Below are positions 39,001 through 50,300 of a stretch of 64,000 nucleotides of DNA, piece by piece. How positions within the stretch are numbered: position 1 is the stretch's first letter; every line of letters starts with the position of its first letter. The position numbers were made by a program, and so were the translations under genes. Location: the NCBI GenBank assembly GCA_050084985.1, contig JBITNC010000001.1:116250001-116314000 (forward strand), read 5' to 3'. The notes below the pieces were generated by a model. The model saw only the letters and a list, made by a program, of their open reading frames with translations. It had not been told where the DNA came from and ran no database searches. The DNA comes from Nageia nagi (lineage: Eukaryota > Plantae > Pinophyta).

Positions 39001-42000
39001 CTCAAAAATAATAAAATAGATGATCCACAAGCTTACTCAAATGGGATGCCCACTTCCCTTTTATAAGCTCATATTCTAATTTGGAGTTGACATCTCCCAA
39101 CCCTAAAATCACTTAAAGTGCCCTATTACAAAATAAAAATATAAAACATAAATAGACACAACTTAAGTTATGTCTCCTAGTCACATGAACTCCTTTTTCA
39201 CTTTTATAAATAAGTGTAGGAGACATTTACAAAAAATATTTATTTTTGGTACATTACACTGAAGACATGCACAACTGGACACCACCCTAGGTACTCACAA
39301 TGCCGCTTTGGAGTACAAAATTGAAATTCACACCTAGAGATCTACACTACATTATTACAAGTGAGAGCATGAATTAATGCCTCAAAAATGCCAAAATCAC
39401 ACTTAGATATGGGACATCCCACTTAGAGAGGATTAACTCTCTTTTGGGCCTCACAATTAGTCATAAAGTCCCATTATTATTTGAAATATAAAAATCACTC
39501 CTAAATATAATTAAAACACTCCTAGATTAATTCAATTACAATCTCTCATCCCTTAGAGAGGGACGTCCCACCCATGGTGGCCAAATATGACATAACTAAG
39601 CAAATAAGTAAGGCGTTGCATGTGTGCATATCCAAACAAACCTCCAACAACTTCTTAACTCCTCCTTGGGCCCACAAATCTCATGAGAAGCTCCCACTTG
39701 TCCTAATTCATTCCCAAAATGCCAAGTCTCCTTCAAATCAATGTCTCTCCTGGTTGTAGAACACATTCCTCCAAATAGGCCATATCATCTTCGAAACACC
39801 TCTTATGAGATAGATACAAAAATTGGGACATTACAGTCAGAAAATAATTTTCAAAATCCTTTTCTGTATTTTGTCATGGTGTTGAAACAGCATGTTGGAT
39901 GATCATGAATTAATAATAATATGATTTCAGTGTGAATTTCATTACTATGTGAAGAAAAAAGCTCTAAATAATAGAAATCCACCTAAAAGGCTAAAACAAC
40001 AAAGTTGTGATCCTTACCTTAAAAAAATGGAAATGGAAAAAAACGATCATTGAAACCTTTTGCTAGAAAGTAAATACCAACTAAAAATAAAAATTAAACA
40101 ACTAGCATGTAATATGGTCAATGCAAATATTTTGTTATGGAGTCTTAACAAGTAAAACAAAATTCTGATCCAAATCCACAATATCTTTTGTAGAAAACCC
40201 ATTTATGGCCCACCCAACAAAGAAAATAGCAGTTTACCTTTTAATCATCTAACAACATTCAAGGAAGAGTCTTGAATTTAAAAAGGTGAATAATATCTCA
40301 AAATTAATGAACTATAAAGTATTTAGTAAAGCTCATGGTCATTTTGTAGGTCATAACATAGTCAGCACACCTCTTACCATATTGTACTTGTTTGAGAGGA
40401 CACTAAAACTTTTTACCTTATATTTATTGGTTCAATTTGTATATTCATGTTTTCAAACCTTTGAACCAAGCTTGCATTGAATCAAGTGCGTGGAATTCCA
40501 TCTAATACCTTCCTTTGTAGTGAATTAGGGTCCATGCCTTCTGGGTACGAGGGACTCCCTTGTAGCAAGAAGAAAATGTTTCACTTTCTCTTTGGATATA
40601 GATTCAAAAATATGTTGTTTTTTCATCACTTTTAAGTTTCAACCTTGTGAAAATGCTTGTTAGTAAATTGGGCCTCGTGAATCTGCATATGTGCCAGAAA
40701 TAACATAATAAGCATTATTGAAATGTTAACTAGAAATCATTTTCAGAATTCATATTCGTAAAAACAGTTGAAACTATTGCAACAAATGACACCTGCCTTT
40801 GTTTCCTTAGTTTTATATTTATTTTTCAACAGGATTTAAACTTGTGAAAAATTTCAGGTAGTTGGAAGGCTTATTATCAAATTGATTACTGTTCATTTCA
40901 CATGCTTTTTTAGGCTCTCCTTTCTGGGTGCTCTGCGGGTGGATTAGCATCATTCCTGCATTGTGATAATTTTCAAGAGCTTCTACCACAATATACTAAA
41001 GTGAAATGCCTTGGAGATGGCGGCTTCTTCATGAATGTGTAAGGTCCTTAAAACCTTTTTCTTTATATAATTTTCTTTTTATATCTGACTGTTTGATCTA
41101 AGTGACTACGTCTTTTTGAAAATAGCAAAAGTTCATTTCAGGAATAAAGATAGTGAAAACTATGCTATTTGCAAATCTCAAAATGCTATGGTAGTGACCC
41201 TAACCTGGGTTTTAACTTTTGATATATAAATCTGCAATAAATTTGAAAGTTATATTTGATTAAAGTTTTACAGCATTGGAAAACAGTGCAACTAATATTA
41301 TAATGAAAAAGAAAAAACTTCCATTTCTATTTGTTTATAGGGAGTGCAAGTCTCCAGAAAGAGAAAAAATTGAGAACTTTTTTGGGGGCTTAATGATTGG
41401 TTTATTCTTTTTTGTTCTCCTCACCATTCAATATAAGGGGACCCTTATTTTGTCATACTATATGTTGTGACTAAACACAACATAACTCTTCTACATATAG
41501 GCTTATGTTCTTGTCTCCTCTATTTCAAGTGGTTTTGTAAGAGCCTGGATATTATGTCAAGTTGTCCCAAGCCTAAGTCTAATCAATCGCCTGGTCTTAA
41601 TCATGTTGAGCCAAAATCCGAAATTTCCAAAAAATGGCTAAGTTTGGAAAACCAAAAGTCAATCCTAGGTGAACCAGGGGAGTCCAAGATGAATTGGGAT
41701 AGAGTCAAGCCAAACTGGGTCACTCCTAGGGCTGGCATATGATTTCAAAAGACAAAATCTTGTCTTTTTGAGTCATGCAACCAAGTCAGGGAGCAATTTG
41801 GATCGGAACGGAGTAGAGAAAAGACAAGAACAAGGCATAACAAGTCTATCGTATGATTTCAAAAGACAAAATCTTGTCTTTTTGAACCATGCGACCAAGC
41901 TAGGCGGAGTAACTGGGTAAGTTCGAGGATCAAGAAGTGAACCCCAAGCATCCAAGAGGCTAGCGCATGCCTCAAAAAGACAAAATCTTGTCTTTTTGAA

Positions 42001-45000
42001 CCATGTGCCAAGCCTAGAAGGGCTTCCAGTTCGAGCAACAGGGAAAAGTTTGACAAGTTATGGACCTAGAAACCTCAAGATCAGCTCAAGCACACCCAGA
42101 GGGGCTGGCGCATGATCTCAAAAGACAAATTCTTGACTTTTTGAGGTATGCACCAAGCCCAGGAAGCCTCCAAGATCCAAGAAAGACAAAAATTTGGCAA
42201 AGGCACAGAGAAAAGAACATGCAAAAATGAAAAATTTGCCATATGGAGGCTGTCGCATCATTCAAAAAGACAAAATCTTGACTTTTTGAACCATATGACC
42301 AAGCTAGAACAGCAGGAGAAGCTGTTGCATGTTTCAAAAAGACAAAATCTTGACTTTTTGAAACATGCGCCAAACTTAGGGAGTGCCCAGTTTGAGAAGA
42401 AAGATGAAATTTGACAAGCATAGGCACCAAAAAGACCAAAAATCAAGAAGATCAGGTCACAGGATGAGTTTCAGGGTCAAGATGAGCAAGCAAGAGAGTA
42501 ATGATGGTCAACATGGGAAGCATACTGATGAGCAAGCAAGAGAGTAATGATGGTCAACATGAGAAGCATACTCACCCCCAAGGCTGGCGCATGATCCAGA
42601 AAGACAAAATCTTGTCTTCTTTGGGCATGTGCCAAGCCTGAAGGTGCTCTGGAACCCCCACATTTGGTCCTGGCCGGTTGGACTTGAAATTTGATGCAGG
42701 AAGACATCTCGAGGACGGACACACGGATGGCCATGGTGGAAGTTTTCTTATGGTACAAAAATCCTAGATGAGTATTTCGAGGGACGTGTTGGGGCGTTGG
42801 GCCCACCAACTGCTTAGTCACATTATTTGTTTTTTATTATATTTCATAATTATTTTGGATAAACTTTAATTTAATTGTTAATAAATTTCCAAGTTTGTGA
42901 TGGATGAGGACTTTCTCCCACAAACTTGGATGACATCTTGTAATGCCATGTGGCATATTTCTGTTGGACCATGCTTTATTCCTTGGAAATTGTAATTAGG
43001 GTTAGGGCAACACTTTGAGTTGCCACAAAACTATATATAGCCCATTTGGGCTCATTTGTAAGAGATCAGACATTCTTTGCAACTAGAACTACTCACATAA
43101 TACTTTCAATCTTGCAAGTTTTCCCTTTTCACAATTGTGATATAATTCCAAGAAATTGAAGTGAGCTTGTTTTCATTTGGAACTATGAAAGTGAACGTGT
43201 GTTACATTTTTATGTTATCTTGAGTATTTGGGACATTTTATAAACCTTGTTGGTGGATAAAAGAATGCTTGTATATCCTTTGAAATATTTGAAGAAGTGT
43301 TTGATTGTAAAGTTTTATAGTTTGCACATGGTATTAGTGTGTTCTAAGATTACTTGTGTATGCCGTTTAATATAGGAACTTCACTCCACAATTGAGTTCT
43401 ACCCACGTGATACCTTTCTTATCCATTGCCTTAGCGCCAAGCTCCTCTTGTTGGGATGTTCGTGTTGTCGCCTTTCAAGTTGGATTTGGGGTGCGTGGAA
43501 CCTATGCCAAACCCACACAAGTTTGGTCTTAGAAAATCATACTAATCGGTGAGAACATTGCCCTAGAGCTGAATTCATATATCACCGTCTTTTCACAACT
43601 CTTTTTCTTTATTTTCTATTTTTTTTTGCGTGGCTTTCGCAACAAACCTTTTCCCCCCTTTTTTTGAGAAACAACTATTCTTGGGTTAGGGACCCTTCGA
43701 GTCCTTGATTAACAAATTTCATTTGAGTTGGTAACAACTTCAAACATCTCCACCTTATCACCTGAGTGAACCTTTGCACCCTTCACTTTCAAACCTTTGA
43801 GGTAAAAGTCCTCATAGCGGGTAGAGGTCACGACCTACCACTCAGGTGTTGGAGTCTTTCTACAAGCCTTGTGATCCAATTTACCAATCAGCAAGGGTAG
43901 GAAAGAAAAAGCCCCTAACACTATACAGGACAATACCCAAAGAAAACGATAGTGATAACCTCAGTTTGACAATCAAAGCATGTTGCAATCTAAGAATATT
44001 GTAAATATTTCTATATGCACTAAATAGTTTGTCACTTTTAAGTTTTCAACCAATCATCTGTTACATATATTTACCTGCTTCTCGTAATATTGCCATTGTT
44101 ATAGTATATAGACTAAACAATTTAGATTATTTAGTAGTTTGTCTTAACATTCTTTGTAGTAGAAGCATTTGAAATATTTCTGTCATGTATTTTGAAATAT
44201 TTCTGTCATGTATTTCCAAAAGCATTTTGTTTAGTCTTCTGTTTTTATTGGACGTTTGATGGTATTTTCAATTTGAGGGTTATATGTAATTTGGCAGTGT
44301 CAACATGTGACAGTTCCTTACTAAACATACTACTGAGTAGACCAAGATGTGTGAATGCCTGATACAAGCCCATTCACACCAACAGGCACAGGTGTAGCAC
44401 TGTTTTAAGTGAAAGTCAGTCATTGCTGTCCTCATCAAAATCCTTGAAAGAGTTGTTTGACCGAGCCATCATCTTGATGTAGATATCTAGGCATCTGTTC
44501 CAATCCCTGAAACATCAAATGATGGTCTGGAATTTATCAGCCCCATAATCTAGTGATCCCATTTTCTCGTATTTGTTTTGCAAGAGGTTATACGGGTTCA
44601 CAATCTTCTATGTTTGTTTCCATTTATAGCACTTGAAGTTCTAGTTAATCCTGTTGATTTCTAAAGCTTGGTAGTTACTCAACTCTAGTCTCTCTCAAAC
44701 TTTCAAAGCTAACAGAGTTGGCACAAGAAGACTCCATTCTCCCTTACTAAAGTTTACCTTTGATGTGATTGAGTGAGTTGTCCTTATATTTAGAACATCA
44801 CCAGGATCATCTCCATATGTCTTGCAACTTGGTATAATACCATTACTAGTGGCAGCAGTGGACTATTTACAGAAATTTATGCATATCGGTTATATCAATC
44901 TGTCCTCCCCAGTACATCCTGATTGGTCACTAAGTTTTCGCAAGAAAGAAAGAAAACAATTCATTGATAGCTACAAATGACTAAAGTAAGTCAATGGGAC

Positions 45001-47011
45001 TGTCAGATGGAAACATTTTTCTTGTACACAGTTCTTGTAAACACTTAAATTTATATTTTAGCTTTTAAAAATGACTTTTATTTAAGTGTTTATTTGATTT
45101 ATGTAAAATGTTAATTTACCCACTTGGGGTCAATTTGTAAATTTTTGATTTCACATTATCTCATGTATACGTTGATTTAGGTAAGCCCACCTATGTGAAT
45201 TCAAAACTAGATTTCTCCATGTCTATATAAGGCGAAGAACATTCACAAATTTTCTAAGTGCATTTTTTTTCTAAGTGTCTGAGGTGCATGATTTTGAATG
45301 AGTAAAAAAGGACTCATGTGAAATAGTGTGCCCAAATCCAGAAAGTGTTGGAGTATTGTCCAGCGGTGTGTAACTTAGTTTTTCACTGCCTTTTCTCATC
45401 CAGGTAGCAACTCTCACCATTTTGGGGTTGTGCAAAAGCACTCCAGTAAAACGGTGCACCCATGTGCAAAAGTGCTCCGAATTTGGCTAAGTGTTGAATG
45501 GCCAAGGGGGAGAGTGATAAGGTGACAAGTGGCACTACATGCATTAAGCCAACCTATCAACCAATTACAAGTTTCCACCCACCATTTCAGGTTTATAAGA
45601 GGGGGTAAATCATCTGTTTTTCATAGGTCCTTTTGGCTGTCCTATTCAAGTCGTCTGGTCATCTTGTTGTACAAAAGAACTCCATTGAAATAGTGCACCC
45701 TGCAAAATTCAGGCTTCTGGAGCTTTACAGAGGTAATTTCAGACCTGTTTTGTCATTCCACGTGGGTGTAGGTAACGCAGCTTCACCTAAGTGAGTTGGT
45801 TTTCTCAAAAGAAAAGAAAAACATACCAATAGGATCCTTCTCTACAACATAAGCTGATTCATTTGTTTTGTATGACTATTTTGTTACTCCACCACAAAAG
45901 CAACATATATGTTCGAATTCATACATCAGATTAGTTTACATTTTCTTTTCTAACATGTGTGTTTTTTATGTTCTGTTTGCAAGAAACAAAATCACTGGCA
46001 GAAATGGTTGAACCCATTCGAATGGTGGTATAATACCACATAACCTATACAATCAAAGATGACACTACGTGGGATAAAATGATTTATACCATTTTAAATA
46101 GTTGGTAACACTAGAGGCCTATATATTAAAGGTTCTACATTCTGGATTCCATCATTTCATCTTTTTATACATGTATGAATATAATTTCAATTTTCATCTT
46201 CTGTAGCTCACTAAGTTGTATCAGATCCAACTTGAAATAGCACCATTTGCTGCAAATAACACCAGAGAAGATCTGGTCTAAGAGAGACACCATCAACATA
46301 GGCTACATTCTAAACATCTGTGGTTAGGATCCTTCTCTACAACATGAGCTGATTGGTTTGTTTCATATGACTATTTTGTAACTCCATCACATAAGTTCCA
46401 ATTTATAAACCAGATTAGTTTCCATTTTCCTTTCTAATAGGTATATTTTTATGAGTCCTTTGTTACTACATAACAGGAGCAATTTACACAGTCCAATTTA
46501 TCATAATTAATTTGTGAAATCGAAATCACATTGTTGAGTTCTAGAGACAGCTAATTATTTTCATGTTTGCTTAAGAATAGTGTTAAGACTTATCAGCCCA
46601 TGTTTTAAATATGGCTCTTTTATATATCCGTTAATAATGAATCATTTGAATACATGACTTTGATATTTTATTTTATTCGTTTATTATTAGATTCCTCATC
46701 AAATTACTTTCATGTTTAGCATTCTATTGATCAAGGTCATAGCATTTGATAATATATGAATATTCCATTTCCATGATCTTAAATTAAGAATTTATTATCT
46801 ATTATGACTATTTTCTATTCTTTCAATTTGCATATAGTATAAAACTTACTTTCATTTAAGTATTTAATGCTATTTGTTGAATGTTTCTTTTTTAATTTTT
46901 AAGTTTCTTTCAATGCTTATGTTGGGTATGATGGTATGTTATGAGAATAGGAAGGATATAGCAGGAGTAGAGCGCATAAAATCATTCTACAATGAGGTGG
47001 TCACATTGCAG
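15033..47011 (+). CDS. PAE: Pectin acetylesterase (PAE/Notum family), four internal coding exons: 15033-15112, 32676-32762, 40914-41038, 46951-47011; gene extends beyond both window edges
   Basis: Exons are bounded by AG/GT with compatible phases (1/0, 0/0, 0/2, 2/0). They splice to [118 protein letters not shown]. This contains the PAE motifs NWN..VRYCDG, FRGQRIW, catalytic GCSAGG and DxGFF, with no stops. Confidence 0.95.
18290..20830 (+). mobile_element. Decayed LINE ORF2 (RTE-X/L2-like RT), interrupted by a solo LTR
   Basis: Reads [10 protein letters not shown].., [49 protein letters not shown] and LYGAKVWG. Confidence 0.85.
19667..20383. mobile_element. Solo LTR (717 bp) inside the LINE
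   Basis: TGTAGAC...GTCTACA termini; TSD CTATT/CTATC (1 mismatch); the LINE RT resumes after it. Confidence 0.85.
20835..21845 (-). mobile_element. Truncated LTR fragment
   Basis: LTR-like composition and GGGACGT/CCCAC motifs shared with other LTRs here; termini unresolved. Confidence 0.4.
21846..22282 (+). mobile_element. L1 LINE 3' end (RNase H C-terminus and A-rich tail)
   Basis: Reads [24 protein letters not shown]; ends TTAATAAAAAAA. Confidence 0.7.
24499..27957 (-). pseudogene. ~1150-codon retrotransposon accessory ORF (globular N-terminal domain, Pro/Ser/acidic disordered middle with basic NLS-like runs, coiled-coil C-terminus), broken by stops and frameshifts
   Basis: Colinear ORF pieces 27957-27742, 27443-27162, 26657-26244, 26247-25624 and 25507-24761; motifs [22 protein letters not shown] and [19 protein letters not shown]; TATA-like CATATAAAA at ~28175-28182 on the - strand. 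Confidence 0.75.
28285..29805. repeat. About 10 copies of a ~55-bp imperfect palindrome (GGTCGCATG..GRGTGC-AAAA-GCACTC..CATGCGACT), partly at 100-bp period
   Basis: Copies at ~28288, 28393, 28496, 28683, 28785, 29243, 29343, 29443, 29541 and 29751. Confidence 0.85.
30715..31575 (-). mobile_element. L1 LINE 3' fragment with RNase H domain
   Basis: Reads WFKLNF..., [35 protein letters not shown]. Confidence 0.85.
31576..31979 (-). mobile_element. LTR 5' fragment related to the 47302 LTR class
   Basis: Begins TGTGATGTC on the - strand at 31979; GGACCCCACTGTGAGCCC matches ~47426-47444. Confidence 0.6.
33895..36620 (-). mobile_element. Non-autonomous chromovirus derivative: protease remnant, non-pol filler ORF, PPT and 3' LTR (34695-33895)
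   Basis: Protease motifs [21 protein letters not shown] and LILGVQWL at 36234-36607; pol-end/PPT ...GAGAAGGGCAGACT directly followed by TGTAATGTTCC at 34695; the LTR ends ...AACATCACA at 33895. Confidence 0.75.
36640..37602 (-). mobile_element. Truncated LTR of the same family as the 53600 element
   Basis: The - strand start TGTTGTGCCCACACAACACACCTGAAAATACAAGATTTTGGGG is colinear with 53600-54060. Confidence 0.85.
37603..39835 (-). mobile_element. Stack of nested Gypsy LTR fragments (termini at 38076 and 39835)
   Basis: GGGAATATTACA and GGGACATTACA termini; the left ends are missing. Confidence 0.6.
38524..39258 (-). mobile_element. Solo LTR (735 bp) nested in another LTR
   Basis: TGTAATGT...ACATTACA termini with a perfect TSD CTGAA (38519-38523, 39259-39263). 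Confidence 0.85.
41463..43920 (+). mobile_element. Solo LTR (2458 bp), Tat-like Gypsy
   Basis: TGTTGTG...CTAACA termini; perfect TSD CTATA; TATA box CTATATATAG at ~43031. Confidence 0.92.
41730..42640. repeat. Seven copies of a ~54-bp palindrome (core TCAAAAAGACAA-AATC-TTGTCTTTTTGA) with dissimilar spacers
   Basis: Cores at ~41744, 41858, 41972, 42116, 42262, 42334 and 42596; outer arms GGCGCATG...CATGCGCC/CATGCGACC. Confidence 0.9.
45119..45795. mobile_element. Possible MITE (~680 bp)
   Basis: Imperfect inverted termini CCCACTTGGGGT / ACCTAAGTGAG; flanks TTA/TTG. Confidence 0.3.
45828..46460 (+). repeat. Diverged ~130-bp direct duplication (~45830-45970 and ~46325-46460)
   Basis: Both copies begin TAGGATCCTTCTCTACAACAT(A/G)AGCTGATT. 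Confidence 0.75.
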
Positions 47012-47301
47012 GTAACTCTTCCAAAAAAAATTGGTTTGGTTTTTTTAATCTTTGTAAGACATACATCAATGCTAAATTGGATCTTGCAAGATGAATACTT
47101 TAAGAGAAATATAAGGTCATTGGTAGTAAATTTCAATTGACAGCTGAGTAGAGGAGATGCTTGAGAAATTTATATCTAAGCAATTTGTTCACTCTTGTGT
47201 TGTTGCTTCTATATAGAGACTTTGTGAAACTATAAAAATCAGATTGTTGATTAAAATATAAATTAACAGATGTACTCCGAAGTCTGGCTTTTCTATATTT
47301 T

Positions 47302-50300
47302 TGTGATGTCCCCCTTGTGCCCCAGTCAACTTTAGTGGACTCCTAAGAATCCAATTTTAATATAGGTTCATTTTATTTATTATTCCTTCATGTTGTAACC
47401 CAAGATAGGAGATTATTGTGTCAATGGACCCCACTGTGAGCCCCAAGTGGGACGTCTCCCTCCTGTGGATTAGTTAGGAGTATTTGTTAGTATAGAAGTC
47501 CCCCCAAGCATGCGCCAAACTAAGAGTGGCCCCACGTCCTCCTTATTTGACTCGGCAACACAAGGAGACCCCACGTGAGCCTTCCTTAGCTCCCAAGCAT
47601 CCGTGGCACCCCCCGTGGACATATGTTAGCCATTTGAGCATCCAAAGACCCCATGTGGTGTGATTGGGCACTTGGGCACCCATGTTGGGCATCATGGGCC
47701 CTCCAATTGGTCAACGTTGGAAAAGGAGGATGAGTTGGTGATTTCAAGGCAAGGTCACAACAAGAGATTATAAAAAGGCATAAGGAGCTCAGTATGGGAT
47801 ACATTGATGATTATTATTTCTTCTACTTGTCTTCTAGATAGCAAGTCTTAGCCAGGGCGGAGCAATTCTTCCTAGACAAAGCGTCTAGAGGGTGATTGGG
47901 CTAAGGGATCCTGAATATCTTTGGCTTGGTGGAGCATCAAGTCCATCCAGTGGCATTTGAGGATTCCGTTCCTACCATTTGGTTGGTTGTCCAGCATTCG
48001 AGGAGAGTCCCTTCAGTGGGAAGGAGTCGAAGGTTGAGGGAGTGAATTTGTCCCATTGTGCCGATTTGTAATCCATATTATTGTTGTGTTCAGATTGGAT
48101 TGTATGCTTGTGAATTCTCCATATTTGATGATACAGTTCAAAGGATTCCTGAATATCATAATTGTGTCATGATTGCTTGTTTAATGCATGCGCTGAATAC
48201 TTGTAATTTCCATGCTTTATTATTCCTACGATGGATACGTAGTATTTAATTAATTGCATATTGTATCTTGAGGCTCAACGTTGGCTTACTGGCATTGTTG
48301 TTGTAATTGGTGGAGGCATTAACCCCAACGTTGGCTATCTAAGGGTTTGATTGGATTTAGGGAACATTGCAGACTTACCATCCACTTTGCTTGATTAGAA
48401 AGAGGTGCTTTGGCACAAGCATTCATTTGGAAAATTACAAATGGTATCAGATCTTGGATCTGGGCAGCCTGAGGGAATGAAGGCCAGATCCACCATCAAA
48501 GTTAAGAAGTCAGAATATGCCTCGAGGGTTTTTCACCATTTGCTCTGAAGATTTGAAGAAAAGGAGATCCTTGCGGAGGAAAGGAAGAAACTCTTATGGT
48601 TTTTGGAAGACCGGTATGAAGAAAGGAGGCGGCGAAAGAAGGGTGAGGAATGGCCGGCATGGATGGCGCCGCCACACAAGATTCCCCTAGGGTTGAGATC
48701 TTGCTACAAATCTACCATAGCACAACCAAGGAGTTCTAGAGAGATGTTTCCTTCCACACATACCAAGATTTGCTAGGGTATGGAGTAAGTTGCCTGGAGG
48801 AAAGCTAGCACAAAAGAATCAAAGTTGAAGCAAACCCTAACGGCGGGATCTGACGAGGTGGTTGAGGAGAATATAACTTTGAAACAAAAGAAGAGATCTG
48901 AACGAAAATTAACCCTCTAGAGCTGGGATCTCCAACGACAGATTAGAGGCCATGATTGAGGTGGTTTCGCAGGACGTATGGACACCATCCTCCGAAAGAA
49001 AGACTTGGAGTGGGTCTGCGTTTTCACATTGGCAAAGGGGAGCTTAACGTTGCATGAAGGGATAGATAGAGAGCTGCCGTCTGAAATTCAAGGGATTCTA
49101 GAGTGGTATCCTGATGTATACGGTGATATTCCTAAGGGATTGCCTCTGCCCAGAGGATTTGAACATGTGGTGGAGTTAGAAGAAGGATTCAAACCGGTTA
49201 TGGTGACATCGTACAAGTATCCCAGAGTATATAAGGACGAGATCGAAAAGACAATCAAGGAGTTGCTTGATATGGGATTTATCCGGCCTAGTTCTAGCCC
49301 GTTTGCATCATCAGTGGTACTCATCAAGAAAAAGGATGGGACGATTATGAGGATGTTCATCAATTATAGGTTACTCAACAAGAAAACCATCAAGAATTGT
49401 TATCCAATCCCAAAAGTGGATGACCTCATCGATGAACTACATGGGGCAAGATACTTCTCGAAGATTGATCTGAAATCGAGATATCATCAGATCCGGATGA
49501 GGGAGGAAGACGTCCACAAGATGACCTTCAGGTGCCACTACGGTCATTTCAAATTCATGGTAATGCTATTCGGACTGATCAATGCCCTTGCCACTTTCCA
49601 ATCAGCCATGAATCAGATTTTTAGGGAGCAACTGCAAAAGTTTGTGTTGGTATTCTTTGATGATATTTTGGTTTATAGCGGGACATGGGAGGAGCATCTC
49701 AGCCATCTAGAGGAGGTCCTAAATTTACTGCAAGAGCAACGATTCTATGCCAAACTATCCAAGTGTGAATTCGGCATGACAAAGATACTTTACTTGGGGC
49801 ACATTATCAGCCATGAGGGAGTTAGGGTGGACAAGCAGAAGATAGACGCAATTCAGGAATGGTCAATTCCCACAACCCTAACATAGTTGAGGGGTTTTTT
49901 GGGATTGTGCAATTAGTACCAAAAATTCATCTAAGGGTTCTCTCACCTAGCGGTCCCCCTCACATAGTTAACAAAGAAGGATGCATTCATATGGAGTGAT
50001 TAGGCCCAAGAAGCTTTCGAAGAGCTCAAGAGAGTCATGTGCACTTGCCCTTGTTTGGCCATATCATATTTTTCGGCCCCTTTTACCATAGAGTGTGACG
50101 CTTCCAAATTAGGTATCGAAGTGGTCTTAATGCAGAAATGATAGCCGATAGCTTTTGAGAGCCGAAAGCTAACAAATGTAGAACAAAGCCTCAGTGTGTA
50201 TGACAAGGAGATGCTAGCTATCATGCATGCACTAGAAAGATTCAAGCAGTATTTGGTTTGTGGGCCTTTCGTCATCTGGAGTGACCACAATAGTCTGAAA

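Noticed and set aside
41730-42640. CRISPR array (palindromic repeats with spacers)
   Set aside because: Eukaryotic context inside a TSD-flanked LTR, very uneven spacer lengths, degenerate repeats and no cas genes.
44330-45000. Coding-like stretch of unknown origin
   Set aside because: No recognisable motif or sustained ORF on either strand.
46874-47140. 88-aa ORF as a standalone membrane protein
   Set aside because: Only 46951-47011 is coding (a PAE exon); the rest is intron read-through.
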